Source: Planctomycetota bacterium (GTDB lineage Bacteria; Planctomycetota; UBA11346). From it: DNA of 64,000 bases. The translations under genes were made by a program, and so were the position numbers. The DNA lies in NCBI GenBank assembly GCA_038213805.1, contig JBBQSO010000001.1, positions 32,001 through 96,000 of the forward strand. The letters are read 5' to 3'. Below, piece after piece: positions 31,482 to 40,840 of the stretch; the stretch's first letter is position 1, and the number at the start of each line of letters is the position of its first letter. Under the pieces are notes generated by a model that saw only the letters and a program-made list of their open reading frames with translations, was not told the DNA's origin and made no database searches.

Positions 31482-34400
31482 ATGCGTCTGCTCCGCTACG
31501 TCCTGCTGTTTCCCGCATTCCTTCTTGGCGCACGCCTCGCAGCCAGCGACAGCGATCTGCAGGCGCTGCAGCTGCGCGAACTGCGCGCGGCGGCGCCGGA
31601 CCTGCGCGTCACCATGGATAGGGAGCGCGGCGTGGTCGGACACCTGGCGGTCGCGGGCGGGTTCCTGCCGCCCACGCGGCTGCACCGTGGCCGCGGGGAC
31701 CCGCTGCAGCCGGCCCTGGATTTCATCGATGCCCATCCCGGGCTGTTCGGTGGCGACAGCGCCATGCTCGGCCATGCGACCATCGCCAGAAATGCGCTGG
31801 ATGCACGGGACGGCATGCGCTCGGTGATCTGGCAGCAGGCCATCGCCGGGATCCCGGTGCACCGCGGCCTGCTCAGCGCACACCTGGGCCGGCAGGGCGA
31901 GGTGATCGCCATCGGCAGCCATTTCGTGCCGGACGACGCGCTCATCCCGCGGCAGGCCGCGCTGACGGCGCTGGCCCAGGGGACACCACGCGATGGCCGC
32001 GGTGGCCTCGTCGCCGCCCTGCGTGCGCTGGGCGACCAGACCGCCGACCTGCAGGCCGTGGCCAGCGACGCGGTCGGTGCCGAGGCGCGACAGCGCCTCA
32101 CCAGCCCACGCCTTAAAGGTGCGGCGCAGGCGCACCTGACCTGGTTCCCCGTCACCACCGTCGACCTGCGCCTGGCCTGGGACATCGTCCTGACCAGCAG
32201 GCAGGACGGCAAAATGTACGAGGTGGTCGTCGGTGCGGGCGACGGTGCGGTGCACGAACGCCAGTGCCTGACGGTGGACGAGCAGCAGGCCGCGCGCACG
32301 TACGGGCCGGCCTTCGCCGTTGCGGCAGCGTTCAACGCGGCTGGCGGCACGCACGGCAGCCCGGCCGGCGCCGGTACCGCGCCGGCCGACCTCCCCGCGG
32401 ACACCATCAGCCTGCTGGTCTTCGACCAGGGCAGCCCGACTCCCATGCGCCCGGGCTGGCCAACACCGGACACCGCCCAGCCGCCGCCGGTGGCGCGCGC
32501 CCAGCTCACCCTGGCGAGCATCGATCCCACCGCGTCGCCGCACGGCTGGATGGACGCCACCAGCGGGGACACGCACGGCAACAACGCCGACGCCCACACC
32601 GATCTCAACAACGACGACCAGCCGGACCTGCCCCGTCCGCACAGCAGCGGCACGCCGCCCACGTTCGCCTTTCCCTGCGACCTCACCCAGGAGCCCGCGG
32701 CCTACCGTGACGCCGCGGTGGTGAATCTCTTCTACTGGTGCAATCTCTGCCACGACCGCTTCTACGGTCTCGGCTTCACCGAGGCCTTCGGGAACTTCCA
32801 GGACGACAACTTCGGCAACGGCGGCGCCGGCGGCGATGCCGTGCAGGCGGATGCCCAGGATGGCGGCGGCGCCAACAACGCCAATTTCTCCACGCCACCG
32901 GATGGTGCGCCCGGGCGCATGCAGATGTACACCTTCACCGGATCGTCGCCGAACCGCGATGGCGACTTGGATGCGTACATCATCATCCACGAGTACACCC
33001 ACGGCCTGAGCAACCGCCTGGTCGGCGGCGGGGTCGGCGGCATGTTCGCGCTGCAGTCCGGCGGCATGGGTGAGGGCTGGTCGGACTTCATGTCGCTGTG
33101 CCTGCTCACCGACCCCGGAGAGCTGGTGACCGGCACCTATCCGGTCGGTAGCTACGCATTTATCGGCCTGGTCGCGGACAACTACTATCGGGGCGTGCGC
33201 CGCTTCCCCTACGCCGTCGAGAACGGACCGGTCACCGGCGCCTCGCAGAACCCCCTCACTTTCATCGACCTGCGCAGCAATCCCGAGGTGCACGCGATGG
33301 GCGAGGTGTGGTGCGAGACCCTGTGGGAGGCGCGCGCCAACCTCATCCGCAAACTCGGCAGCGTCAGCGCCGGCAACGAGCTCATCATGCGCCTGGTCGT
33401 CGCCGGCATGAAGCTGACCCCGTCCCTGCCGACCTTCCTGCAGGCCCGCGATGCGCTGCTCCAGGCTGATGCGGTGATCACCGGCGGTGCGGACCAGCAG
33501 GAGCTGTGGCGGGCTTTCGCCAAGCGCGGCATGGGCTTCGGCGCTTCGACCGCGAACAGCAACAGCACCGCCGACGTCGTCGAGGCCTTCGACGTGCCTG
33601 GCGACCTGCGCTTGACCCCTGCCGACAGCATCGCCGGCAGCGGCCCCCCGGGCGGGCCGTTCAGCCACGCCACCACCACCTACACGGTGACCAATGCCAA
33701 TCCCACCCAGGCCATCGCCTGGACGGCGGCGGCCGACCAACCCTGGCTGACCATCGTGCCGGACGCAGGCACGCTCGCCGCCGGCGCCAGCGCGGCGGTG
33801 TCGGTCTCCTTCAACGACGCCGCCACCCAGCTCGCGCGCGGCACCTACGGCGCGACCATCGCCTTCACCAACACCACCGACGGCAGCGGCGGCGCGACGC
33901 GCACGGCGCAGCTGCAGGTGGCGCTCAACTATCGGGTCTCGACGGTGCCGATCACGTGGATCCCGCCCGACACCCATACCGTGCTGCCCTTGAGCGATGA
34001 CAGCGTCAGTGCCGCCCAGGCCCTGCCCTTCCCGGTCGAGTTCTACGGCATTGCCTATAACCAGCTGTTCGTCGGCTCGAACGGCCTGATCGGATTCGCT
34101 TCTTCGTTCGGAGTCAATTTCCTCTCCAATGGCGCGCTTCCGGATCCCAATGTCCCGAACGCAGCCATCTACGCCGCGTGGGACGACCTGAATCCGGGCG
34201 CCGGCGGCAGCGTGCGCATCGGGACCGTGGGCACGGCACCCGACCGCAAGGTGGTGGTGAGCTGGGTCGACGTGCCCCGCTTCGGCGATTTCAGCAGCCG
34301 CTACACCATGCAGATCGTGTTGAGCGAAGGCGGCACCGACATCCTCGTCAACTACCTCGATGTCAGTCCCGGCGCGCCGAGCGGCTCCGGCATCGGCGCC

Positions 34401-36362
34401 ACCGTCGGTGTTGAGAACGAGGTCGGCGACACCGCCCGCCAGTTCTCCGTCAACACCGCCTCGCTGAGCAACAACATGGCGCTGCGCTATTCCTTCACCA
34501 ATCACGCCCCGACCGTAGCCGTGCCCGCCGCGAGCAGCCTGGATCCGGTGCACGGCACCACGATCACCACCATGACGGCGCTGGGTGCGGACGACGGGGG
34601 AGAAGGCGGACTCGCCTACACCTGGACGGTCTCGGGCTCTGCGCCGGCCGGGGTGGCCTTCGAGGCCAACAATGGCACAAACGCGGCCAAAGCCTGCAGA
34701 GCGACCTTCTCAGCCGCGGGGACCTACCAGCTGCTGTGCACCATCGTCGATCCGGAAGGGCTCGCGGTCAGCACCGCGGTCGCCGTCCACATGACGGCCC
34801 CGACCCTCACCATCCACGCCACTGCCAGCCCCGCCATCGTCAGCGGTCGTGGTGGCGCGGCGATCCTGCAGGTGCTCGGCGCCATCGACGGCGGCAGCGA
34901 GCATGATCTGGTCTACACGTGGCGCGCAGTCGGCTCTCCACCGGGACTGGTGAGCTTCAGCGCCAACGCCAGCAACGCCGCCAAGGTCACTTTCGCCAAT
35001 TTCGCTGCGGTTGGCCCCTACGAACTCCAGGTCACCATCGCCGATGGCGCAGGCCTGACCGTTAGTGAGGGTCTCGTGGTCACGGTGCTGCCCGTCGCAC
35101 CGGTGGTCGCCACGGCGGCCAGCGCCAGCCTCGATCCGGTGCACGGCACCGCCACCACGGTACTGAGCGTGCTGGGCGCCGATGAAGGCGGCGAGGCCGG
35201 CCTCGCATATACCTGGACGAGCCTGGGCGAGCCGCCGGCCATCGTGACCTTCGACCCGGTCAATGGCAGCAACGCCGGCAAGAGCTGCGCCGCCACGTTC
35301 AGTGCTCCTGGCACCTACCGGTTCCGCTGCACCATCACCGATGGCGATGGGTTGTCCGTCACCAGCGACGTCACGGTGCGGATGCTCGCCCCGACCATCG
35401 CCGTGCATGCGCGCGCCAACCCCATCCTGATCGACGGCCGCACCGGCTCGGCCACCCTGTCCGTTCTCGGAGCGATCAAGGTCGGCGGTGAGGGTGAGCT
35501 GCTGTACGCGTGGCGCGTGCTGGGCACCCCACCTGGCCCGGTCACGCTCGGGGCCAGTGGCAGCAACGCGTCCAAGGTGGTGGGCGCGCTGTTCACCGCG
35601 CTCGGGCATTACGATCTCGAGGTGACGGTCACCGACGGCACCGGTCTGGCGATCACCGACACCGTCGGCGTCGACGTGGGAAACAGCGCGCCGAGGGTGG
35701 CCACCCCGGCCAGCGCGACGCCGGACCCGGTGACCGGCACCACCACCACACTGGCGATCCTGGGCAGCGACGATGCCGACGAATCGACGCTGACCTACAC
35801 CTGGACCGCCGCTCCCGGCAGCCCGGCCGCAGTGCAGTTCAGCCCGAACGCTGGCAACGACGCGAAGCACGCGACCGCCACCTTTACCAAGGCGGGGAAT
35901 TATACGCTGATGTGCACCGTCACCGATGGTGACGGCCTGTCCGTGACCAGCACCGTGGTGCTGGTCGTCATTCCGACTGCGACGACGATCGTGGTCGCGC
36001 CGGAGTCGATCGTGGTTCCGCCGGGCGGCTCGGTGGTGTTCGCCATCACCGCCCAGGACCAGTTCAGCCAGCCCATGACGGCACCGACCTGCACCTGGAC
36101 GGTGGATAGCACCGCCAGCGGCGACATCGATGCCGTCAGTGGGCGCTTCGCCGCCACCGTGGTTCAAGGTGGGCCCTACGCAGTCACCGCGACCAGCGGC
36201 GCCTTGACCGCGTCGGCGACGCTCAGCGTGGTCACTCCGACGACGACCTCGAGTGGCGGCTCCAGCGGCCGCTCCTGCGGGGTCGGCTCGGGTCTGGCGG
36301 CGCTCGTCAGCATGCTGATCGCGCTGGTCCTGATGGGATGGCGGCGGCGCACAGACGGGTGA
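31482..36362 (+). CDS. M36 (fungalysin) metallopeptidase with propeptide, BACON-like, nidogen-like, five PKD/Ig-like repeats and a C-terminal anchor
   Basis: Signal peptide; GFTEAFGNFQ, NNANFSTPPDG, zinc motif HEYTHGLSNRL, GEGWSDF, EVHAMGEVW, FAKRGMG; repeats LGADDGGE..LAYTW; tail CGVGSG-TM-WRRR. Confidence 0.93.
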   Translation: MRLLRYVLLFPAFLLGARLAASDSDLQALQLRELRAAAPDLRVTMDRERGVVGHLAVAGGFLPPTRLHRGRGDPLQPALDFIDAHPGLFGGDSAMLGHATIARNALDARDGMRSVIWQQAIAGIPVHRGLLSAHLGRQGEVIAIGSHFVPDDALIPRQAALTALAQGTPRDGRGGLVAALRALGDQTADLQAVASDAVGAEARQRLTSPRLKGAAQAHLTWFPVTTVDLRLAWDIVLTSRQDGKMYEVVVGAGDGAVHERQCLTVDEQQAARTYGPAFAVAAAFNAAGGTHGSPAGAGTAPADLPADTISLLVFDQGSPTPMRPGWPTPDTAQPPPVARAQLTLASIDPTASPHGWMDATSGDTHGNNADAHTDLNNDDQPDLPRPHSSGTPPTFAFPCDLTQEPAAYRDAAVVNLFYWCNLCHDRFYGLGFTEAFGNFQDDNFGNGGAGGDAVQADAQDGGGANNANFSTPPDGAPGRMQMYTFTGSSPNRDGDLDAYIIIHEYTHGLSNRLVGGGVGGMFALQSGGMGEGWSDFMSLCLLTDPGELVTGTYPVGSYAFIGLVADNYYRGVRRFPYAVENGPVTGASQNPLTFIDLRSNPEVHAMGEVWCETLWEARANLIRKLGSVSAGNELIMRLVVAGMKLTPSLPTFLQARDALLQADAVITGGADQQELWRAFAKRGMGFGASTANSNSTADVVEAFDVPGDLRLTPADSIAGSGPPGGPFSHATTTYTVTNANPTQAIAWTAAADQPWLTIVPDAGTLAAGASAAVSVSFNDAATQLARGTYGATIAFTNTTDGSGGATRTAQLQVALNYRVSTVPITWIPPDTHTVLPLSDDSVSAAQALPFPVEFYGIAYNQLFVGSNGLIGFASSFGVNFLSNGALPDPNVPNAAIYAAWDDLNPGAGGSVRIGTVGTAPDRKVVVSWVDVPRFGDFSSRYTMQIVLSEGGTDILVNYLDVSPGAPSGSGIGATVGVENEVGDTARQFSVNTASLSNNMALRYSFTNHAPTVAVPAASSLDPVHGTTITTMTALGADDGGEGGLAYTWTVSGSAPAGVAFEANNGTNAAKACRATFSAAGTYQLLCTIVDPEGLAVSTAVAVHMTAPTLTIHATASPAIVSGRGGAAILQVLGAIDGGSEHDLVYTWRAVGSPPGLVSFSANASNAAKVTFANFAAVGPYELQVTIADGAGLTVSEGLVVTVLPVAPVVATAASASLDPVHGTATTVLSVLGADEGGEAGLAYTWTSLGEPPAIVTFDPVNGSNAGKSCAATFSAPGTYRFRCTITDGDGLSVTSDVTVRMLAPTIAVHARANPILIDGRTGSATLSVLGAIKVGGEGELLYAWRVLGTPPGPVTLGASGSNASKVVGALFTALGHYDLEVTVTDGTGLAITDTVGVDVGNSAPRVATPASATPDPVTGTTTTLAILGSDDADESTLTYTWTAAPGSPAAVQFSPNAGNDAKHATATFTKAGNYTLMCTVTDGDGLSVTSTVVLVVIPTATTIVVAPESIVVPPGGSVVFAITAQDQFSQPMTAPTCTWTVDSTASGDIDAVSGRFAATVVQGGPYAVTATSGALTASATLSVVTPTTTSSGGSSGRSCGVGSGLAALVSMLIALVLMGWRRRTDG
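34500..35970 (+). repeat. Five intragenic ~98-aa PKD-like repeats in A-B-A-B-A order
   Basis: A units: SLDPVHGT...LGAD(D/E)GGE.GLAYTWT (twice) and TPDPVTGT...LGSDDADESTLTYTWT. B units: APT...HA.A.P....GR.G.A.L.VLGAI..G.E..L.Y.WR (twice). Confidence 0.85.
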
Positions 36363-36584
36363 GGTTGAGCGCTCAGCATGGCGGGTGCGCTGGTCGGTAG
36401 CCGCCACGGGTGAGCGCCGGTCTGCTCATGGATGAAGTCGACCATCCCGAAATCACGCCCCGGCCTCTGCCCGGCCCGGGGACCGCCGGCACCGCCGCCC
36501 CTGTGCCAGAAGCAGAAGCGGTTGAACATCTGGACGAATACCATGCTGCACGTCAGGACTCCCACTGCCTCGTAGCACTTGGAC

Positions 36585-37190
36585 CTACTGCAGCTCCATC
36601 TGCACGACATCCTGCCGCCGGCTCTTCGGGGTGACGGTGACCGCCACCACCCGGCCACCGCGCACCGTGCCGGCCACGACCGTGTCGTGCGCGGCGTGCA
36701 GGCGGACATCGACGTCCCAGGTTTTCGGTCATGCGGGGAAGAGCAGGATGCGGTCGCCACGCGCCTGCATCAGCATTGACTGCAGGATGAGCTGCCCGGC
36801 GCCACCATTGTCGAGATCAGGTTCCCAGTCGTGGGCCGGCCGCCAGAACCAGCGGAAGCGTGCGCTGCCGTAGGCGGTGAAGTTGGCGATCGCCTCGGTC
36901 TGCGCGCGTCGGGCCCAACCCAGACAGGTCGCCTGGATGCCCTGCTGGCAAACAGGTGCTATCGACGAAACGCTTGGCGTCGTAGGTCGCGCGTGCCAGT
37001 TCCAGTTCGGGCAGGCCGACGCCGAACAGACGGAACGGGCGCACGGCGTACAATTTGGAATTCTCGCTATGGTTCGGTTTACCGAAGGTCGCGGCTGGCC
37101 ACCGGATGGCGGTACCGCCCGCGGCCGCCTGCCCGCTCGTCAGCGGCACCTTGCCCAGGGCCCGTTGGTGAAGTGGCGGCCGATCCACGG
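36585..37190 (-). pseudogene. C-terminal remnant of a DUF5703/GH95-like glycoside hydrolase
   Basis: NHSENSKLYAVRPFRLFGVGLPELELARATY, then a frameshift near 36955 into ...ARFRWFWRPAHDWEPDLDNGGAGQLILQSMLMQARGDRILLFPA*PKTWDVDVRLHA; TGA at 36729-36731 sits where FPAWP is expected; N-terminal part absent. Confidence 0.75.
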
Positions 37191-37325
37191 ATTGGTCAGC
37201 TCCGGTCCGGGATTCCGAGCATGAAAAGGATCAGGGCAGCGCGGTGGGGCATGGGCTTCGCTTCGCCTCGGGGAGGGCGGGATGGCGGGATGCAGGAGAC
37301 CCCCTCAGGGGTCGGTACGCACGCG

Positions 37326-38054
37326 TCAGTGCGATACGGTCTGCAGCCAGGGTTTCAGGGCGGTGAAGAATCGCTCGGCCAGGCGGTCGTCGCCCGTCAC
37401 ATTGGGATGCACCCAGTCGATCGTGCAGGTGTCCGGTTGCTTGGGATCGGAGATCCAGCCGTCGCCGGTGGGGACCGCGATGACTGGCGCGGTGGCGGTG
37501 TTCAAGGTGGTGGCGAGTGCCGCATAGGCCCCTGCCAGTTCGGGAAAGGGCTTCCAAGGCTGGAAGGGCTGGCCGATCACCACCCGCACGTGCGCATTGC
37601 GGGCGCGCAGCAGTCCGACGAGGTCGCTGATGGCGGTCACGGTCTCAGCGATCGGCTTGCCCTCGCTGTTGCCGTTGGTTCCGAGCAGGATGATGGCGAT
37701 GTCAGCGGTCCACGTCGGCCCGTTCTTGCGCACCTCGTCTCTCACCCCCATGGCCGTCCACCCCCATCGGCCTTCATGCCGATTGGGGAATTCCACGCCC
37801 TGATAGGGCGCATACGGCGGCGCGCCTTCGAATCCATCGGTCATGGCGCCAACCATCTCGACCGCCTGACCGGCAGCGACGAAGCGTTTCCACAAGGGAT
37901 AGCGCCAGGAGTAGGTGCGCTGGCGGTCCGCGGTGCCGTTGTTCCCCTGGGTGATCGAATCGCCGATGCATACCAGACGTACCGGTTCGGCGGCCGGCAC
38001 GCCGGCGGCAAAGAACACGATCATGATGGCGGATAGGAGGGCTGGGATTTTCAT
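37326..38054 (-). CDS. Secreted SGNH/GDSL hydrolase (carbohydrate esterase-like)
   Basis: Block I IGDSITQG, HEGRWGW, block III LLGTN, block V DWVHPN; signal peptide. Confidence 0.92.
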   Translation of the reverse strand: MKIPALLSAIMIVFFAAGVPAAEPVRLVCIGDSITQGNNGTADRQRTYSWRYPLWKRFVAAGQAVEMVGAMTDGFEGAPPYAPYQGVEFPNRHEGRWGWTAMGVRDEVRKNGPTWTADIAIILLGTNGNSEGKPIAETVTAISDLVGLLRARNAHVRVVIGQPFQPWKPFPELAGAYAALATTLNTATAPVIAVPTGDGWISDPKQPDTCTIDWVHPNVTGDDRLAERFFTALKPWLQTVSH

Positions 38055-38155
38055 GGGTGCTTTCCTGAGGGCTCTTCGCTGGGTGCCGGTCGGCGGCGGC
38101 GCGACTCAATAATCGCTCGCGCCCAGGCTGCACAACAGGCGGCAGGCGGCAAGGA

Positions 38156-38860
38156 TCAGGCGTGCGCGCATCGGCAGGGGTTACCCAGGATCTTGGCGGC
38201 GCTGCGTTCCCAGGGATCGTTGGGCCTCAGCACGCAGAAATTGTGGCCACGGGCGAGCGCTTCGATGGCCCACGCAGGCGTGTCCGGATGGCCGAGCAGT
38301 GGCCGCAGGCGCCATTCGCTGCCATTGAGCATGATTGTGCGGCCCTCGATCCAGCATTCGCGGAAGTCGAAGCGCTGGGCATAGCGCAGGCGTTGGGTGG
38401 GACCGGGCTTGACCGCGGCGGTGGGATCCACATCGCCTTCCGGCCAGGTGACCGTGCCGCAGCGCGCACCGTCGAGATAGACGGTGTCGTCGGTGCTGAC
38501 CCGGGTCAGGTCGAGCAGGACCGCGCGCCCCGTCCATCCGACAGGCACGGTGATCTCCCGTTCGTACCACGCGCTGCGCACGGCATTGCGCTCGCACGTC
38601 GCCCAATGCCCGTCTGCGCCGCGCCCGAGCAGACTACGCTCGTCGCGCCACGAGCCCGGCACCGCGATCCAGCCCCAGCCGTGCGCAGGCGCTTCCTTGA
38701 CCGTGGGCGCGAAACGCCAGGCGCCCTCGAGCGCCATCTCGCCGCGCAGCAGTGACGTCGCCGTGGTCTCGCTCCAGCGCGGCGCGCCGGTGGGGAACGC
38801 ATCCTGCGCGAAGAGGGCGACGGCAAAGGTGATGAGGACCAGGCACATGAGAACGCGCAT
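38156..38860 (-). pseudogene. Truncated, internally deleted GH2-like gene (sugar-binding domain fragment)
   Basis: Signal peptide; LEGAWRFAP, WIAVPGSW, AWYEREITVPVGWTGRAVLLDLTRV, then an abrupt jump to RFDFRECWIEGRTIMLNG and a stop before any catalytic TIM barrel. Confidence 0.65.
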
Positions 38861-39185
38861 GCAGGCTCCGAGTGGACGACCGACGGGCCATTGCGCGATG
38901 ATTCCGGCGAGGTGACCGGCATGAGCGAAGCCCTCGTCCACCGACTCACACGCGAACATGTCCATCAGATCGCCGACCGGCGCATGCCACGGCGCTGCTC
39001 CTGGCGCATGGCCTTTGCAAGCAGGCCGCGGTGCACCCGCAGGCCTGCCTCGCGCCTGCGGGAAACTCCTGCGCAGTGAGCGCGGCCCAGCGGCAGTGCG
39101 ACGCGTGCGTGTGAGACGGGCGACCCGCTTCGCCAGTTCGCCGTCACCTTGTCGGCTTTCGGCGCAATCAGATGCACCAGCCCGC

Positions 39186-39713
39186 ATGCCGCCTACCGAC
39201 ACTTCTCGCATGGCCTTCGAGATCTTGGTGCGGCAGCACCACCGCCGGCTGCTCGGCTACGCCCTGGCGCTGTGCCGCTCCTCGGCCGAGGCCGAAGACC
39301 TGGTCCAGGAGGCGTTCCTGGTGGCCTACCGCGAACTCTCCCGCTTCGACCCCAGCCGCGACTTCGGCGCGTGGGTGCGCGGCATCGTGCGCATGAAATG
39401 GCTGGAAAGCCATCGCCGCCGTGAACGCCCGGTAGACGACGTCACCCTGGCGGCGCTCGACGAGGGGCATCGCCGGCTTGAGGTCAGCGAGGCGGAAGCT
39501 GGCATCGACGCTCTGGCGACCCTGCGCGGCTGCGTCGCCCGCCTCGATGACGCGCTGCGCCAAACCGTCGAGCTGTTCTACCTGCAGGAGCTGCCCTGCC
39601 AGGCGGTGGCGGAACGCACCGGGGTCTCGGTCGAAGCGGTGCGCAAGCGCCTGCAGCGCGCGCGTGAGGCGCTCGGCGACTGCCTCGGCAGGAACGCGGA
39701 GCGGCCATCATGA
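39186..39713 (+). CDS. ECF RNA polymerase sigma-70 factor
   Basis: Region 2 AEAEDLVQEAFLVAY...FGAWVRGI; region 4 LFYLQELPCQAVAERTGVSVEAVRKRLQRAREAL. Confidence 0.93.
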   Translation: MPPTDTSRMAFEILVRQHHRRLLGYALALCRSSAEAEDLVQEAFLVAYRELSRFDPSRDFGAWVRGIVRMKWLESHRRRERPVDDVTLAALDEGHRRLEVSEAEAGIDALATLRGCVARLDDALRQTVELFYLQELPCQAVAERTGVSVEAVRKRLQRAREALGDCLGRNAERPS

Positions 39714-40840
39714 CGGACGACGATGCCGGCGTGGTCGGCGGGGCCGACGCGCGGATCGATGGCCTGCTGCGCGAACTGGGCCGCGGCGGCGCACCCGGCG
39801 CCGACGAGACCTTCGTCGGCCGCGTGCTGCGCGCCACGGCTCCACGGCGGCGCAGCACGCGGCGGCGCGCCTGGATGCCGCTGGCGGTCGCGGCGGGATT
39901 GCTGCTCTGCCTGGCAGGCGCCTGGGGCTGGCACGCGCGCCCCATCTGCCACCTGGTCGACGCCGAGGGCGCGCTGGTGCGCGCGGCGGGCTGGCGGCCC
40001 TTCGGGGGCCTCGGGCCGGGCGACGCGATCGAGGTCGCGGCCGGCGGACGGGGCGCCCTGGAATGGGCGGACGGGTCGCGGGTCGTCCTCGGTTCGGCCA
40101 GCCGGGTCGAGCTGCCGGGGCGCAGCGACCCGTTCACGCTGCGCCTGGGCAACGGCCGTGTCGACGCCACCATCTCTCCGCAGCCCACGGGTCGGCCATT
40201 CACGCTGGTCACCGCCGAGGCGACGCTGACGGTCGAAGGCACCGCCTTCACCGTCACCACGGGCGCCGCCGGCACCGCTGTCGCGCTGCGGCACGGGGCC
40301 CTGCGCGTGACCTCGCCGGCAGGCGAGGTGCGTCTGCAGCCCGGCGAGGCGACCGCCGTCATCGCCGGGCGACCACCGAGCCTGAGCACCGCGAGCGATG
40401 CCCCGGTGCGCTTCCGCGAAGCCCATGTGGACGCAGGCTGGACCTGGCGCGCGGACGCGGTCACCGCCCAGGCGCGCTGGTACGAGGTCGATGGGACATG
40501 GACGCGCGTCATGGCCTTCACCGCTGCAAAGGCCCCCGGCACCGCCCTGCTGCCGGTACCGGTCCTGCCCACGCGCTGGCGGGCGATCCTGCAGGTGCGC
40601 GTACGACCCCATGGCGGCGCAGGTCAGGTCGCGCTCGCGGTCGGTGACGCCCGGCTGCCGCTCGCGTTCGAGCCCGGCGCCTGGCGGCGCATCCATGTCG
40701 TCGGCGACAGCGCAGCCGTCGCCCTGGCCGGATCGTCGACGCAGCTGGCGCTCACGCGCCCGGTCGAGGTTCTCGGCGTGGCGATCACCGATGCGGATGT
40801 CGACATCGGCGAGGTCGTCGTGCTGGAGGAGGGGCCGTGA
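39710..40840 (+). CDS. FecR-domain anti-sigma factor
   Basis: ATGA overlap with the sigma gene; one TM; WADGSRVVLG, LRLGNGRVDATI, LTVEGTAFTV, VRLQPGE. Confidence 0.88.
   Translation: MTDDDAGVVGGADARIDGLLRELGRGGAPGADETFVGRVLRATAPRRRSTRRRAWMPLAVAAGLLLCLAGAWGWHARPICHLVDAEGALVRAAGWRPFGGLGPGDAIEVAAGGRGALEWADGSRVVLGSASRVELPGRSDPFTLRLGNGRVDATISPQPTGRPFTLVTAEATLTVEGTAFTVTTGAAGTAVALRHGALRVTSPAGEVRLQPGEATAVIAGRPPSLSTASDAPVRFREAHVDAGWTWRADAVTAQARWYEVDGTWTRVMAFTAAKAPGTALLPVPVLPTRWRAILQVRVRPHGGAGQVALAVGDARLPLAFEPGAWRRIHVVGDSAAVALAGSSTQLALTRPVEVLGVAITDADVDIGEVVVLEEGP

Noticed and set aside
31068..34553. Bulk of the 1222-aa minus-strand ORF 30885-34553
   Set aside because: Antisense to the well-supported M36 protease gene.
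36729..36731. TGA at a conserved Trp position as evidence of stop-codon recoding
   Set aside because: The same remnant is also frameshifted and truncated, and TGA terminates many intact genes here (secA, rmuC, the RND transporter). Pseudogenisation is the simpler explanation.
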